Below, one piece after another: positions 1 to 8,190 of a DNA stretch of 31,489 bases. How positions within the stretch are numbered: position 1 is the first letter of the stretch; every line of letters begins with the position of its first letter. Source of the stretch: Chlamydiota bacterium. GTDB lineage: Bacteria; Chlamydiota; Chlamydiia; Chlamydiales; SM23-39. The notes under the pieces were generated by a model that worked only from the letters and a program-made list of their open reading frames with translations, had not been told where the DNA came from and ran no database searches. The stretch lies in assembly GCA_048498835.1 (NCBI GenBank), contig JBEHXF010000021.1, positions 1 to 31,489 of the forward strand, in the 5' to 3' direction. Position numbers and translations under genes: made by a program.

Positions 1-92
1 CTCTGTAAAGCGCTTCGCGCCTCTGCGTTAACTCTTTTTGGGGGAGGTGTGGAGGGCTTCCCTCCACCTCGGTGTTCTCTGTGGTGAATTTT
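1..92. repeat. REP-like palindromic intergenic element (partial, window edge)
   Basis: Hairpin GTGGAGGG-CTT-CCCTCCAC at 49-67, flanked by CTCTG(C/T)G-type short motifs. The same AGGG-CTT-CCCT core recurs at 9753-9769. Confidence 0.45.
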
Positions 93-111
93 TTCGAATC
101 GGGATCGATAT

Positions 112-1362
112 TTAAGCGGTGGCGACGCGAGGATAGTGTTTGCGGAGAAGGAACCAGACGACGGCGATCCAAAGGACGAAGACGGCGATGGAGGCGCTGC
201 TAACGTAGGGCAAAAGATTCGTGCCGACAGTAAATTGGAGGGCTAGAATGCCTAGCGAAACGAGCGCTTTAGAGGTGCGATAAGCAAAGACATCGATGAT
301 CGCTTTAGCCCGGAACTTCTCATCGATTTGCATCGGAATGTAGAGCATTTCACGGATCACTCCGAAGAGCGAATAATCGACTCCTTTCAGGAAGACAAAA
401 GTGAAAGAGAGGAGCGCAAAGGAGGGAAAAGCCATGCTGGCAAGCGCGTTGAGGAGGAGCGTGAGCGGGACAATCAGGTGGCTGTTGCGGACGCCAATGG
501 TGTGAACCATGAGAAAAGAGCCGATGAGCTGGAGCGCGCCGCTGAGTAGATTCATGATTGAGATGAGTCGACCCATGTATTCAGTTCTGAGATCTTTGTC
601 GAGGATGTGCTGTTCCAGATGGGCATTGAACCGGTATTCCATAAGCCCGACAGAAACTTGCATGAGGACGACGATGAGAAGAACGGCTAAAAGATAACGG
701 GAGCGGTAGATGAGGGAAAAACCTTCTCGTGGGGGTTTTTCGGTGGAAGAGAGGTGTCCAGAAGAGACCCCGCTTCGAAGAAATGCGTTGCGATAGGCAA
801 AGAGAAGGAGGAGATAGATTGGACAGGTGAAGAAAAAGAGATGTTCAGAGCCAATTTGAGTCGCAAAGAAGCCTGGGATGAGACTGCAAAGGACGGAGCC
901 GAGGGTGCCAACGCCGAAAATGAGGCCATAGAGATACTTGGCCCGTGCCGGCTGGATCGTACTGTGAATCATCGACCAGAGCTGTTTAAACATGAGAAGG
1001 ATATAAATGTCTTTCCAGATGAACTGGAAAAAGATCAGAGCCGGAAAAGTCTCGAGAAGCGAGGCAGTCGCCGTATTGATGAGGATGGCGACGAGAGCGA
1101 TTGCGCTCATCATTTTCCAAGGACCGATGCGGGGCAAATAGCGATTGTAGAGAGTAATGACGAGGAGATTGACGGGAACAGTTGCCAGCCAAACGTAAGG
1201 AAAGTAAGAGCTTGAATAGTAGGTTAAAAAGAGGGCGTTGCTCGCAGGCCTTGTGATTCCATACTCAGAGGCGATGAGAAAGCCGCTCATCATGGCGAAG
1301 AAGACAAAGAGTTTTTCAGCAGGAAGAAAGGTGGCCAACTCTTGGCGGATACGAGAAAGCAT
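112..1362 (-). CDS. NTT/TLC-family nucleotide transporter (short, divergent type)
   Basis: Multi-TM hydrophobic protein with NTT/TLC-like motifs (EYGITRP, ...EMLYIPMQIDEKFRAKAIIDVFAYRTSK). Start placed at ATG 1362, which overlaps the upstream stop (TAATG), rather than the ORF-track start at 1410. Confidence 0.85.
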   Translation of the reverse strand: MLSRIRQELATFLPAEKLFVFFAMMSGFLIASEYGITRPASNALFLTYYSSSYFPYVWLATVPVNLLVITLYNRYLPRIGPWKMMSAIALVAILINTATASLLETFPALIFFQFIWKDIYILLMFKQLWSMIHSTIQPARAKYLYGLIFGVGTLGSVLCSLIPGFFATQIGSEHLFFFTCPIYLLLLFAYRNAFLRSGVSSGHLSSTEKPPREGFSLIYRSRYLLAVLLIVVLMQVSVGLMEYRFNAHLEQHILDKDLRTEYMGRLISIMNLLSGALQLIGSFLMVHTIGVRNSHLIVPLTLLLNALASMAFPSFALLSFTFVFLKGVDYSLFGVIREMLYIPMQIDEKFRAKAIIDVFAYRTSKALVSLGILALQFTVGTNLLPYVSSASIAVFVLWIAVVWFLLRKHYPRVATA

Positions 1363-2675
1363 TACTTGGGCGTCCAGTTTTCCAGAAAGTTGACGAACTC
1401 CAGATCCCACTGGGGCGAGATGTAAACCCAGTTGATTTTTTTACCGGGCACTTTGAGCAAAAGATCAGATGCATCCCGCGCTTTTTGGACAACGACATGC
1501 CGTCTTGAAACGGGGAAAGAGAGGCGGTCTGGAATCGCTTCTTCGATGCGGAATTCCCACTCGACATCCCCTTCTTTCATTTTACTTTTGGCGATAAAAT
1601 CTTTGAGATCCTTTTCCGTCATCGTGTCGGGAAGTGCGATAGCGCGGTAGCGGTGTTGTCGGTAAATCACGCACTTTGCATCGGCATGACCGGGAAGCTT
1701 GGGGTCTTTCGCTGCTTTATTGAGAGATGAGATGACATCGGTATCGCTAATCGAGAGATACTCATCGACATTTTCGAGCATTTTCTGTGAGTAATTGGCT
1801 TTCATGTAGCGGCGAAGATGGAAGTTATAGGCCTTCACGGAGGAGTATTGATAGATGCGACGGTGCATAAAATGGCGCGCGAGAAGCAGCGCTTCGCATG
1901 ATTCAAGTCCATTTTCGTCTATGCCAAGTTGCAGCTCGTCTGTACCCCGATCCACGCTCGGGAGAATGCGAATCATTTCAATGAGTTGGTGGTAATCGAA
2001 AAGACCGTAGGCAACGCCCGTGCTTTTAGCATCTCGAAGAAGATAATCGATCCGGTCTGCTCCGAAAAAGTCGCCTGTGATGATTTCTGAGACGATCCGT
2101 TCCCAAGGCGAAAAAGATTTGCCAGTGAGCGCTTTCCATTTTGCTTCGCCGATGGAGATTTTTTTAATATCTTCTACAATGTCTCGATCAATCACATCAG
2201 CCATGTAGGCCGGCGCATTGCGAAGTTTTTCCCATACCGATTTTAAATAGTGGCTATCGATCACCTTGATCGTCATCTGCTCATGGCCGAGAGGACCGAG
2301 GAGCTCTTTTTCTGCGACGTGGGAGAAGGGCAGATGGCCCAAATCGTGACATAGAGCAGCCATGCGCAGAACTCTTCGCCAGTAGAGGAAATCAGAGGAT
2401 CCTTTGCGCGGAACGAAATGGAAGACGTCGGGGCGAACCGACTTGCAAATTTTATCGAACATGAGCGAGGCCAGAGCCATGACGCCCAAGGAGTGTTCAA
2501 AGCGGGTGTGAGTAGCGCCGGGATAGACGAGGTAGGCAATCCCGAGCTGATGGATGTAGTGGAGGCGCTGGAACGGAACCGAGTCGATTAGCTCTTTTTC
2601 ATACTCATCAAAGGGGATAAAGCCATGAACAGCGTCATAGATTTTCTTATCGGCATGTAGGAAGTCTTTTACCAT
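1362..2675 (-). CDS. HD-domain dNTP triphosphohydrolase (SAMHD1/EF1143-like)
   Basis: Motifs IYDAVHG, FQRLHYIHQLG, VYPGATHTRFEHSLG, ALCHDLGHLPFSH, ADRIDYLLRD. Confidence 0.9.
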   Translation of the reverse strand: MVKDFLHADKKIYDAVHGFIPFDEYEKELIDSVPFQRLHYIHQLGIAYLVYPGATHTRFEHSLGVMALASLMFDKICKSVRPDVFHFVPRKGSSDFLYWRRVLRMAALCHDLGHLPFSHVAEKELLGPLGHEQMTIKVIDSHYLKSVWEKLRNAPAYMADVIDRDIVEDIKKISIGEAKWKALTGKSFSPWERIVSEIITGDFFGADRIDYLLRDAKSTGVAYGLFDYHQLIEMIRILPSVDRGTDELQLGIDENGLESCEALLLARHFMHRRIYQYSSVKAYNFHLRRYMKANYSQKMLENVDEYLSISDTDVISSLNKAAKDPKLPGHADAKCVIYRQHRYRAIALPDTMTEKDLKDFIAKSKMKEGDVEWEFRIEEAIPDRLSFPVSRRHVVVQKARDASDLLLKVPGKKINWVYISPQWDLEFVNFLENWTPK

Positions 2676-2693
2676 CTGAGCCTCTTAAACCGT

Positions 2694-2722
2694 ATTATAC
2701 CCCAGTTGTCCCGGGGATGCAA
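2694..2722 (-). promoter_or_regulatory. sigma66/sigma70-type promoter for the HD-NTT pair
   Basis: TTGCAT-N17-TATAAT on the minus strand, starting right after the upstream stop codon, with the -10 box 18 nt before the HD start. Confidence 0.75.
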
Positions 2723-3724
2723 TCACTCCGGCCTGGGCTTGCTTTCATGGATGTAAGCTGGCGATACCTGGATAAACTCCGCTTTTCGCTGTAACTCCTT
2801 GATATTCCTAGCTCCCCCGTAGGTCATTCCGCTGCGAATTCCGCCTAAAAGAAGGTTTAATAGATCTTCGGTAGCCCCTGAAACGGCCCCCCAAAAATCG
2901 ATCCCTTCGGCTACCGTTTTCGCTTTAAGCCCACCATAAAATTCATTTTGAAAGTCGGCCGACGCCTGGCCGCGAAACTTCGCCTCCTCCCCTTTCGTCC
3001 CTTTTCTTTTCGGCGCGGCGCTCTCAGAGGTGAGCGCGAAGAGCTTGCCCACCATGACGGTGCTAGCTCCGGCCGCCAGAGCGAGGACTACATCGCGACT
3101 GGTTCGGATACCCCCGTCTGCGATGAGAGGAACTCGGAGCTTTTCTGCGATCCGGGCGCAATCTTGTACAGCCGTAAACTGCGGCACGCCAAACCCGGTG
3201 ACCATGCGAGTGGTGCAAGCCGCTCCCGGTCCCACTCCCACCTTAACGGCGTCTGCTCCGGCATTGACGAGATCGTGATAGGCCATTGCGGTGCAAACAT
3301 TGCCCGCAATGATTTCTCGGTCGGGATGGGTCCGTTTTAATTCTTGAATGTGGTGAAACATGCGGTCGGAGTGACCGTGAGCCACGTCGATGCAGACGCC
3401 GAGCGCTCCCAAATCGAGAAGGCGGCGCGTTTCATCGAGCTTTCCGATGCCACAAGAAATAAACGTTTTTCCCTCAAATTTTTTAACCCACTTGATTTGC
3501 TCTTCGATGGGAGTGAAACGGTGAAAGATTGGAATCGATCCCTGCTCGATCAGAATGCGAGCCATCTCTTCGCTAATGACCGTATCCATATTTGCTGCGA
3601 TGATCGGAATTCCAATTTTAAGCCGTCTCGTGAGCCAGCTCTCTAAAGAGGGCTCTGTTCTCGATGGAATGTTATTGAATTGAGGAACTAAGGCAACATC
3701 GTCGTAGGTCATCCCATAGCGCAT
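2723..3724 (-). CDS. guaC: IMPDH/GMP-reductase family oxidoreductase without CBS domains, probably GMP reductase
   Basis: Motifs ANMDTV, IDVAHGH, catalytic [15 protein letters not shown] and [12 protein letters not shown]. The flap (GQAS...[13 protein letters not shown]) lacks the IMPDH Arg-Tyr dyad and resembles GuaC. Confidence 0.7.
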   Translation of the reverse strand: MRYGMTYDDVALVPQFNNIPSRTEPSLESWLTRRLKIGIPIIAANMDTVISEEMARILIEQGSIPIFHRFTPIEEQIKWVKKFEGKTFISCGIGKLDETRRLLDLGALGVCIDVAHGHSDRMFHHIQELKRTHPDREIIAGNVCTAMAYHDLVNAGADAVKVGVGPGAACTTRMVTGFGVPQFTAVQDCARIAEKLRVPLIADGGIRTSRDVVLALAAGASTVMVGKLFALTSESAAPKRKGTKGEEAKFRGQASADFQNEFYGGLKAKTVAEGIDFWGAVSGATEDLLNLLLGGIRSGMTYGGARNIKELQRKAEFIQVSPAYIHESKPRPE

Positions 3725-3804
3725 AGAAAATCTCGTTAAGTCGGAAAAAGTCTATCTTTTTTCTCTATTCCTAGCGATCGATTTTTGCTATTCTTAGAGA
3801 CTGT

Positions 3805-4614
3805 ATGATCACGATTTGCATTTTAGCAAAAAATTCAGCTCAAACGTTGCGAGCCGCCCTCGACTCGGCTTCTGTATTTCCAGAAATCATCCTTCTGGAC
3901 AATGGCTCGACCGATGATACCATTCAGATCGCCCAAACCTATCCCAATGTAAAAGTGATTCGACAAGAATTCATCGGATTTGGCGCTCTGCGAAATGTGG
4001 CGGCCTCTCATGCAAAATACGATTGGATCTTAGCTCTCGATACCGATGAAATTCTCTCTGCAGATCTTTTAAGGGAGATTTCTCTTTTATCGCTAGAATC
4101 TAAAACGGTCTATTCGATTCCGCGCCACAATTTTTACAATCACAAACACATCAAGGGCTGCGGCTGGTCTCCCGATCGAGTTGTTCGTCTCTACAACCGC
4201 ACCTCAACCCGCTATTCTGATGCAGAAGTACACGAATCCGTCAAAATTGGAACGCTCACAATACAAAACTTGAAACATCCGATTTTTCACACTCCATTTC
4301 GTTCCACTTCAGAATTTCTAGCCAAAATGCAGCACTATTCTTCGCTCTACGCCCACCAATATCGGGGCAAAAAAAAGTCTTCACCGCTGAAAGCGTTCAG
4401 CCATAGCCTCTTTGCTTTTATCCGCTCTTATTTTTTTCAATTTGGATTTTTGCTTGGCGCGGAAGGATTTATCGTTTCTCTCTATAATTCCAACTCAGTT
4501 TTTTATAAATACATCAAGCTCTGGGAAGAAAATCGGAAAGTCTATAAGATGAAATCCATGAAAAGGCTTCCCTTTTACTCTCTTTCTCGTTGGTGGGCAT
4601 CCGCCCAGAAATAA
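3805..4614 (+). CDS. GT2 glycosyltransferase (KdtX/WaaE-like, LPS core)
   Basis: Motifs LDNGSTDDT, GFGALRN, WILALDTDE, VHES, GFLLGAEGF and KYIKLWE, followed by an extra C-terminal tail. Confidence 0.88.
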   Translation: MITICILAKNSAQTLRAALDSASVFPEIILLDNGSTDDTIQIAQTYPNVKVIRQEFIGFGALRNVAASHAKYDWILALDTDEILSADLLREISLLSLESKTVYSIPRHNFYNHKHIKGCGWSPDRVVRLYNRTSTRYSDAEVHESVKIGTLTIQNLKHPIFHTPFRSTSEFLAKMQHYSSLYAHQYRGKKKSSPLKAFSHSLFAFIRSYFFQFGFLLGAEGFIVSLYNSNSVFYKYIKLWEENRKVYKMKSMKRLPFYSLSRWWASAQK

Positions 4615-4661
4615 TCCTTTCGCTCTATTTTTAATCTTTTAACTTTAGGATCCACCAATGA
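4558..4661 (+). promoter_or_regulatory. Putative Trp-responsive leader peptide (MKRLPFYSLSRWWASAQK) and anti-RBS translational attenuator
   Basis: In-frame ATG at 4558 and TGG TGG at 4591-4596. 4587-4602 is complementary to 4648-4661, the RBS and ATG of the transporter. Confidence 0.6.
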
Positions 4662-5824
4662 CAACCATTTCTTTATCTAAACAAAACGTTTTCGGCGCTA
4701 CGATGATGGTGACCGGTTGCTGCATCGGCGCCGGAATGATCGGCCTGCCCATCGTCAGCGCAGCTGCAGGGTTCCTCCCCTCTTGCGTCGCCATGCTTAT
4801 TGCCTACCTCTTTACCACCTCAACAGGCCTGTTGCTGTTAGAAGCGACTCTCTGGTTCGACGGAAGAGTCAATCTGTTCACCATTTCTAACTTCGCGCTG
4901 GGCCGAATCGGCAAATACGCCGTAGCGACTTTATTTCTCCTCTTGTTTTACGCCATTTTTATAGCCTATTTCGACGGAGGGGCGCAGCTGTGCAATCTTG
5001 TTCTCGGTCCCCTGTTTACAGGGTCGCTACCCAAGAGCGCGGGGCACTTCCTCACATTAGGAGCCATTGCCTCCACACTGTATTGTGGCGCGCGAGGAGT
5101 CGATCGATTGAACCAGTTTTTGCTGATCGGACTTGCGCTCTGCTACGCTAGTATCGTGACGCTGGGCCTTTCTCATGTAGATGCGAATCGCCTTTCCCAC
5201 CAAAACTGGAGTCAATCACTCAGCATCTTACCCATTCTCTTCATCTGCTTTGGGTATCAAAATTTGGTTCCCAGCTTGACCCATTATTTGCAAAAGCAGG
5301 TTTCGGCAATCCGGTTTGCGATCATTGTTGGAAATCTGATTCCGATGCTCTTTTACGCACTTTGGAATTATACGATTTTAGGAATGATCGAACCTTCTAC
5401 GCTTTCTTCTGAACATGGGTTGATCGCAGAAATGCTCGCCAAAAGCGGGACTTCCATTCCCCTTTTGGTGCAATTCTTTTCATTTTTCGCGCTCTTCACC
5501 TCTTTCATTACGGTATCGTTTTCCTTTGTCGATTTTTTGCGCGACGGGTTCACCAAGCCTCCCCGAGAATTTACGCTCGCAGCACTTGCTCTGATTCCTC
5601 CATTTGCAATTAGCCTTACCTTTCCTGAGCTCTTTCTCAAAGCGCTCTCATTCGCTGGCGGCTTTGTCGATACCATTCTCTTTGGCATCATTCCCGTTCT
5701 GATTGTATGGATCGGTCGCTATCATAAAAAAGCGATCGGCTCCTATCAAATGGCTGGCGGAAAAGTGGGGCTCTCCTTTTTACTGCTTCTATCTTTTCTA
5801 TTTCTTGCACTTAGGTTTGTATGA
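4658..5824 (+). CDS. tyrP: Aromatic amino-acid permease (HAAAP; TyrP/Mtr family)
   Basis: Motifs GATMMVTGCCIGAGMIGLP, FGYQNLVPSL, FALFTSF and ALSFAGG; about 11 TM segments. Confidence 0.88.
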   Translation: MTTISLSKQNVFGATMMVTGCCIGAGMIGLPIVSAAAGFLPSCVAMLIAYLFTTSTGLLLLEATLWFDGRVNLFTISNFALGRIGKYAVATLFLLLFYAIFIAYFDGGAQLCNLVLGPLFTGSLPKSAGHFLTLGAIASTLYCGARGVDRLNQFLLIGLALCYASIVTLGLSHVDANRLSHQNWSQSLSILPILFICFGYQNLVPSLTHYLQKQVSAIRFAIIVGNLIPMLFYALWNYTILGMIEPSTLSSEHGLIAEMLAKSGTSIPLLVQFFSFFALFTSFITVSFSFVDFLRDGFTKPPREFTLAALALIPPFAISLTFPELFLKALSFAGGFVDTILFGIIPVLIVWIGRYHKKAIGSYQMAGGKVGLSFLLLLSFLFLALRFV

Positions 5825-6261
5825 TTCATGTTTTCGACACAAAGCCACCTTCTTTTAAAGCTGCCGTCGAGATAGCCGCTTGTTATGTAGAGTGGGATAA
5901 AACATTACTGCTTCTTCAGTTGCCTCTTCATAAAAAAGAGGCTGGCTACTGGGGTGTGCCTGCAGGCAAGCTGGAGCGCGGAGAAACTCCTCTACAAGCA
6001 GCTAGGCGGGAACTAGAAGAAGAGACCGGAATCGAAGCAAAAGAATCTCAACTGGTCTTTCTCGCAACTCTCTATATGCGTAAGCCAGAAATGGATTACC
6101 TCTACCATATGTTTCAAGTTCGACTTGATCGAAAGCCCAATGTCCATTTATCTTTTGAACACCAACTGTACCGTTGGATTCCAATCGATCAGCTCGAGGA
6201 GACTCCGCTTATGTTGGGTGCTAAAGAATCGCTGGAAAAATACTTTTTGGGGACGCTGTGA
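5821..6261 (+). CDS. Nudix hydrolase
   Basis: Complete Nudix box GKLERGETPLQAARRELEEETGI; ATGA overlap with the upstream stop. Confidence 0.92.
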   Translation: MIHVFDTKPPSFKAAVEIAACYVEWDKTLLLLQLPLHKKEAGYWGVPAGKLERGETPLQAARRELEEETGIEAKESQLVFLATLYMRKPEMDYLYHMFQVRLDRKPNVHLSFEHQLYRWIPIDQLEETPLMLGAKESLEKYFLGTL

Positions 6262-7010
6262 AATACGTTGGTCTACTACTATTTGCTCTTGTCTGCTTTT
6301 TTATTTGGCCAAGAAATTATCGCCCGTTTGAGCCCTCCTTGCTTGCTTATGATATCGTTGATGAAAGCTTTAGCGAATTCGATTGTCCTGGTTTCGATGA
6401 AATCGTGTCACAGCCCCTCACCTATTTAGGCCATGGCAGGCAGGCAATTGCTTTTTCGAGTGGGGATGGAAAGTATGTCCTTAAATTTTTTCTCTTTAAA
6501 CGTTTTCATGATCAAAGCCGAAGCTTTTCTTCCATTCGCAATCTATTCCCAGGGCATCGAAAAATGAAAGACGAGCGCCATTATGCAAGCAGAGAAAAAT
6601 ACATACGCAATGCTCTAAAAAACTACGACACTGTTTTCCGGTCTTTAAAAGAAGAGACAGGTCTTGTCGCTGTCCATTTAAAGGCTCAAATGCTCAACCT
6701 TCCCACTTGTCAAATCATTGATCTTTACGGCAAAATCCATACCATCGACCTCAATCGGGCTTCATTTATCGTTCAGAAAAAAGCTCAGGAGCGGGATTGG
6801 AGCGCAGAAGATATTCTTGCCGTCCGGAATTTGGCGAAGGAAAGAGCTTTAAAAGGCTTTACCGATCACAAGGGTCATCTCAGTCGTCGACATTTTGCAT
6901 TTTTGGACAATAAGCCCATCATGATCGATCCTGGCAATCTTGTGTTTCGCCCTGAAATCCTCGCTGATCCTACAAGTGAATTAGAGCGGCTTGATCATTG
7001 CCGTCTTTAA
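6258..7010 (+). CDS. Membrane-anchored protein with degenerate kinase-like fold
   Basis: N-terminal TM or signal segment; YLGHGRQAIAF (Gly loop-like), YVLKFF (VAIK-like), IMIDPG (DFG-like); GTGA overlap with the Nudix stop. Confidence 0.55.
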   Translation: MKYVGLLLFALVCFFIWPRNYRPFEPSLLAYDIVDESFSEFDCPGFDEIVSQPLTYLGHGRQAIAFSSGDGKYVLKFFLFKRFHDQSRSFSSIRNLFPGHRKMKDERHYASREKYIRNALKNYDTVFRSLKEETGLVAVHLKAQMLNLPTCQIIDLYGKIHTIDLNRASFIVQKKAQERDWSAEDILAVRNLAKERALKGFTDHKGHLSRRHFAFLDNKPIMIDPGNLVFRPEILADPTSELERLDHCRL

Positions 7011-7066
7011 TGATTGCCCTAAATAACCCGTTAAATTAAAGATCGGGTTAAGAATCGAGGGGTATC

Positions 7067-7849
7067 ATGAGTTGGACTGTCGCCTATCTTCCCGTATTTG
7101 TACCAATAGATCAGGGGCTACAAGAAGATGAACAGAAAAAAAAGCTAGCTTTTCGCCATGATCAAACGCAAATTGCAGTGGGTGGAAATAAAGAAGCCCT
7201 CTCGAAGCGAATCACTCAAATACTCAAAGGGCAGATATTAGGAGCTGAGTTTCCTCGCACTCCAATTGACTTACGTAATATCGATACGATTTGGGAATTT
7301 TATGCTCAAGCGTTCCGGTTTTATGGACCCACTTACAAAAAAAATGTTTGCCCGCTAGACCGAAATTGCCGATCAACAATTTATTGCAAAAATCGACATG
7401 AGACAGATCCGATCTTCCACATTACTCTTGGCCCATTGGAGGAAGTAAAAGAGATTCAAGTCATCGACTTTCAAGCGCGCGATGGAAAATCCTATGATGA
7501 GATAGGGAAGACCCATCTTGCATTTAGAAAACTATTTTTTCAGACCTCTGATTGGACTGAAATTATTCAAAGAAAAGTGAAAAAAGGGTGTCGTAAACAC
7601 AAAACCCCCTTTCTTTGCACTATGCATCGATTTAGCCAGCAAGAAAGAAGATGTGGATATGCTCACTCTTTTGAAACGCTTATTTCGCGTCTCATCATAC
7701 ACACTCCGGAACAAGCGATGACTGAAAAATGTGACTATGAACTAGCCGACTGTCCGTTTGGAGCAGCATGCCCAAAGTCCCATGAAGAAGAACCTGTTAG
7801 AATTGGAAATTTCTGGTTTTGGGACGGAGAAGAGAAAAAAGAGGATTAA
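7067..7849 (+). CDS. Hypothetical protein with three CCCH-type zinc-finger-like motifs
   Basis: GAGGGG RBS upstream. C95-x5-C-x5-C-x3-H, C175-x8-C-x11-C-x3-H and C222-x6-C-x5-C-x3-H. Confidence 0.7.
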   Translation: MSWTVAYLPVFVPIDQGLQEDEQKKKLAFRHDQTQIAVGGNKEALSKRITQILKGQILGAEFPRTPIDLRNIDTIWEFYAQAFRFYGPTYKKNVCPLDRNCRSTIYCKNRHETDPIFHITLGPLEEVKEIQVIDFQARDGKSYDEIGKTHLAFRKLFFQTSDWTEIIQRKVKKGCRKHKTPFLCTMHRFSQQERRCGYAHSFETLISRLIIHTPEQAMTEKCDYELADCPFGAACPKSHEEEPVRIGNFWFWDGEEKKED

Positions 7850-8190
7850 TGGAGTCTATTTCCATTCGGGATTGAGGTTCCTGGCTCTAAGAGAACAATC
7901 GCGCTAGATTCATCAGACAAGCCAAGAACTAATACCTCAGACATGAATTTACCGATCTGCTTAGGCGGAAAATTCACAACCGCAATCACCTGCTTGCCAA
8001 TGAGATCTTCTTTTGCATATCGGATCGTGATTTGGGCGGAGGAGCGCTTTTTGCCGAGCGGTCCAAAGTCAATCTCAAGTTGATAAGCCGGTTTTCGAGC
8101 TTCGGGAAAATCCCGTACTTGAAGGATTGTCCCAACTCGAATGTCGACTTTCAGGAAATCGCTGAATGAAATGAGATCACTACTTGTTAT
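7846..8190 (-). CDS. csaA: tRNA-binding OB-fold protein / chaperone CsaA (missed by ORF track; non-canonical start)
   Basis: Manual translation: (M)TSSDLISFSDFLKVDIRVGTILQVRDFPEARKPAYQLEIDFGPLGKKRSSAQIT...VIAVVNFPPKQIGKFMSEVLVLG...PNGNRLH*. Putative ATA start at 8190, 6 nt after GGAG. Confidence 0.9.
   Translation of the reverse strand: MTSSDLISFSDFLKVDIRVGTILQVRDFPEARKPAYQLEIDFGPLGKKRSSAQITIRYAKEDLIGKQVIAVVNFPPKQIGKFMSEVLVLGLSDESSAIVLLEPGTSIPNGNRLH

Noticed and set aside
1363..1410. ORF-track N-terminal extension of the NTT transporter
   Set aside because: It overlaps the HD gene; the TAATG-coupled ATG at 1362 is more plausible.
1362..2675. Anti-phage dNTP-depletion defence system
   Set aside because: The context is nucleotide transport and metabolism, with no defence-island or mobile genes nearby.
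2723..3724. Call as IMP dehydrogenase (guaB)
   Set aside because: The flap lacks the Arg-Tyr dyad and no guaA is adjacent. GMP reductase is preferred but not proven.
4600..4650. Classical terminator/antiterminator attenuation upstream of tyrP
   Set aside because: No GC-rich stem followed by a U-tract. The pairing points to translational control, although a Rho contribution from the pyrimidine-rich spacer cannot be excluded.
7024..7050. Inverted repeat TAACCCG-N13-CGGGTTA upstream of the CCCH gene
   Set aside because: A single 7-bp arm pair with no U-tract or recognisable operator; it could be chance.
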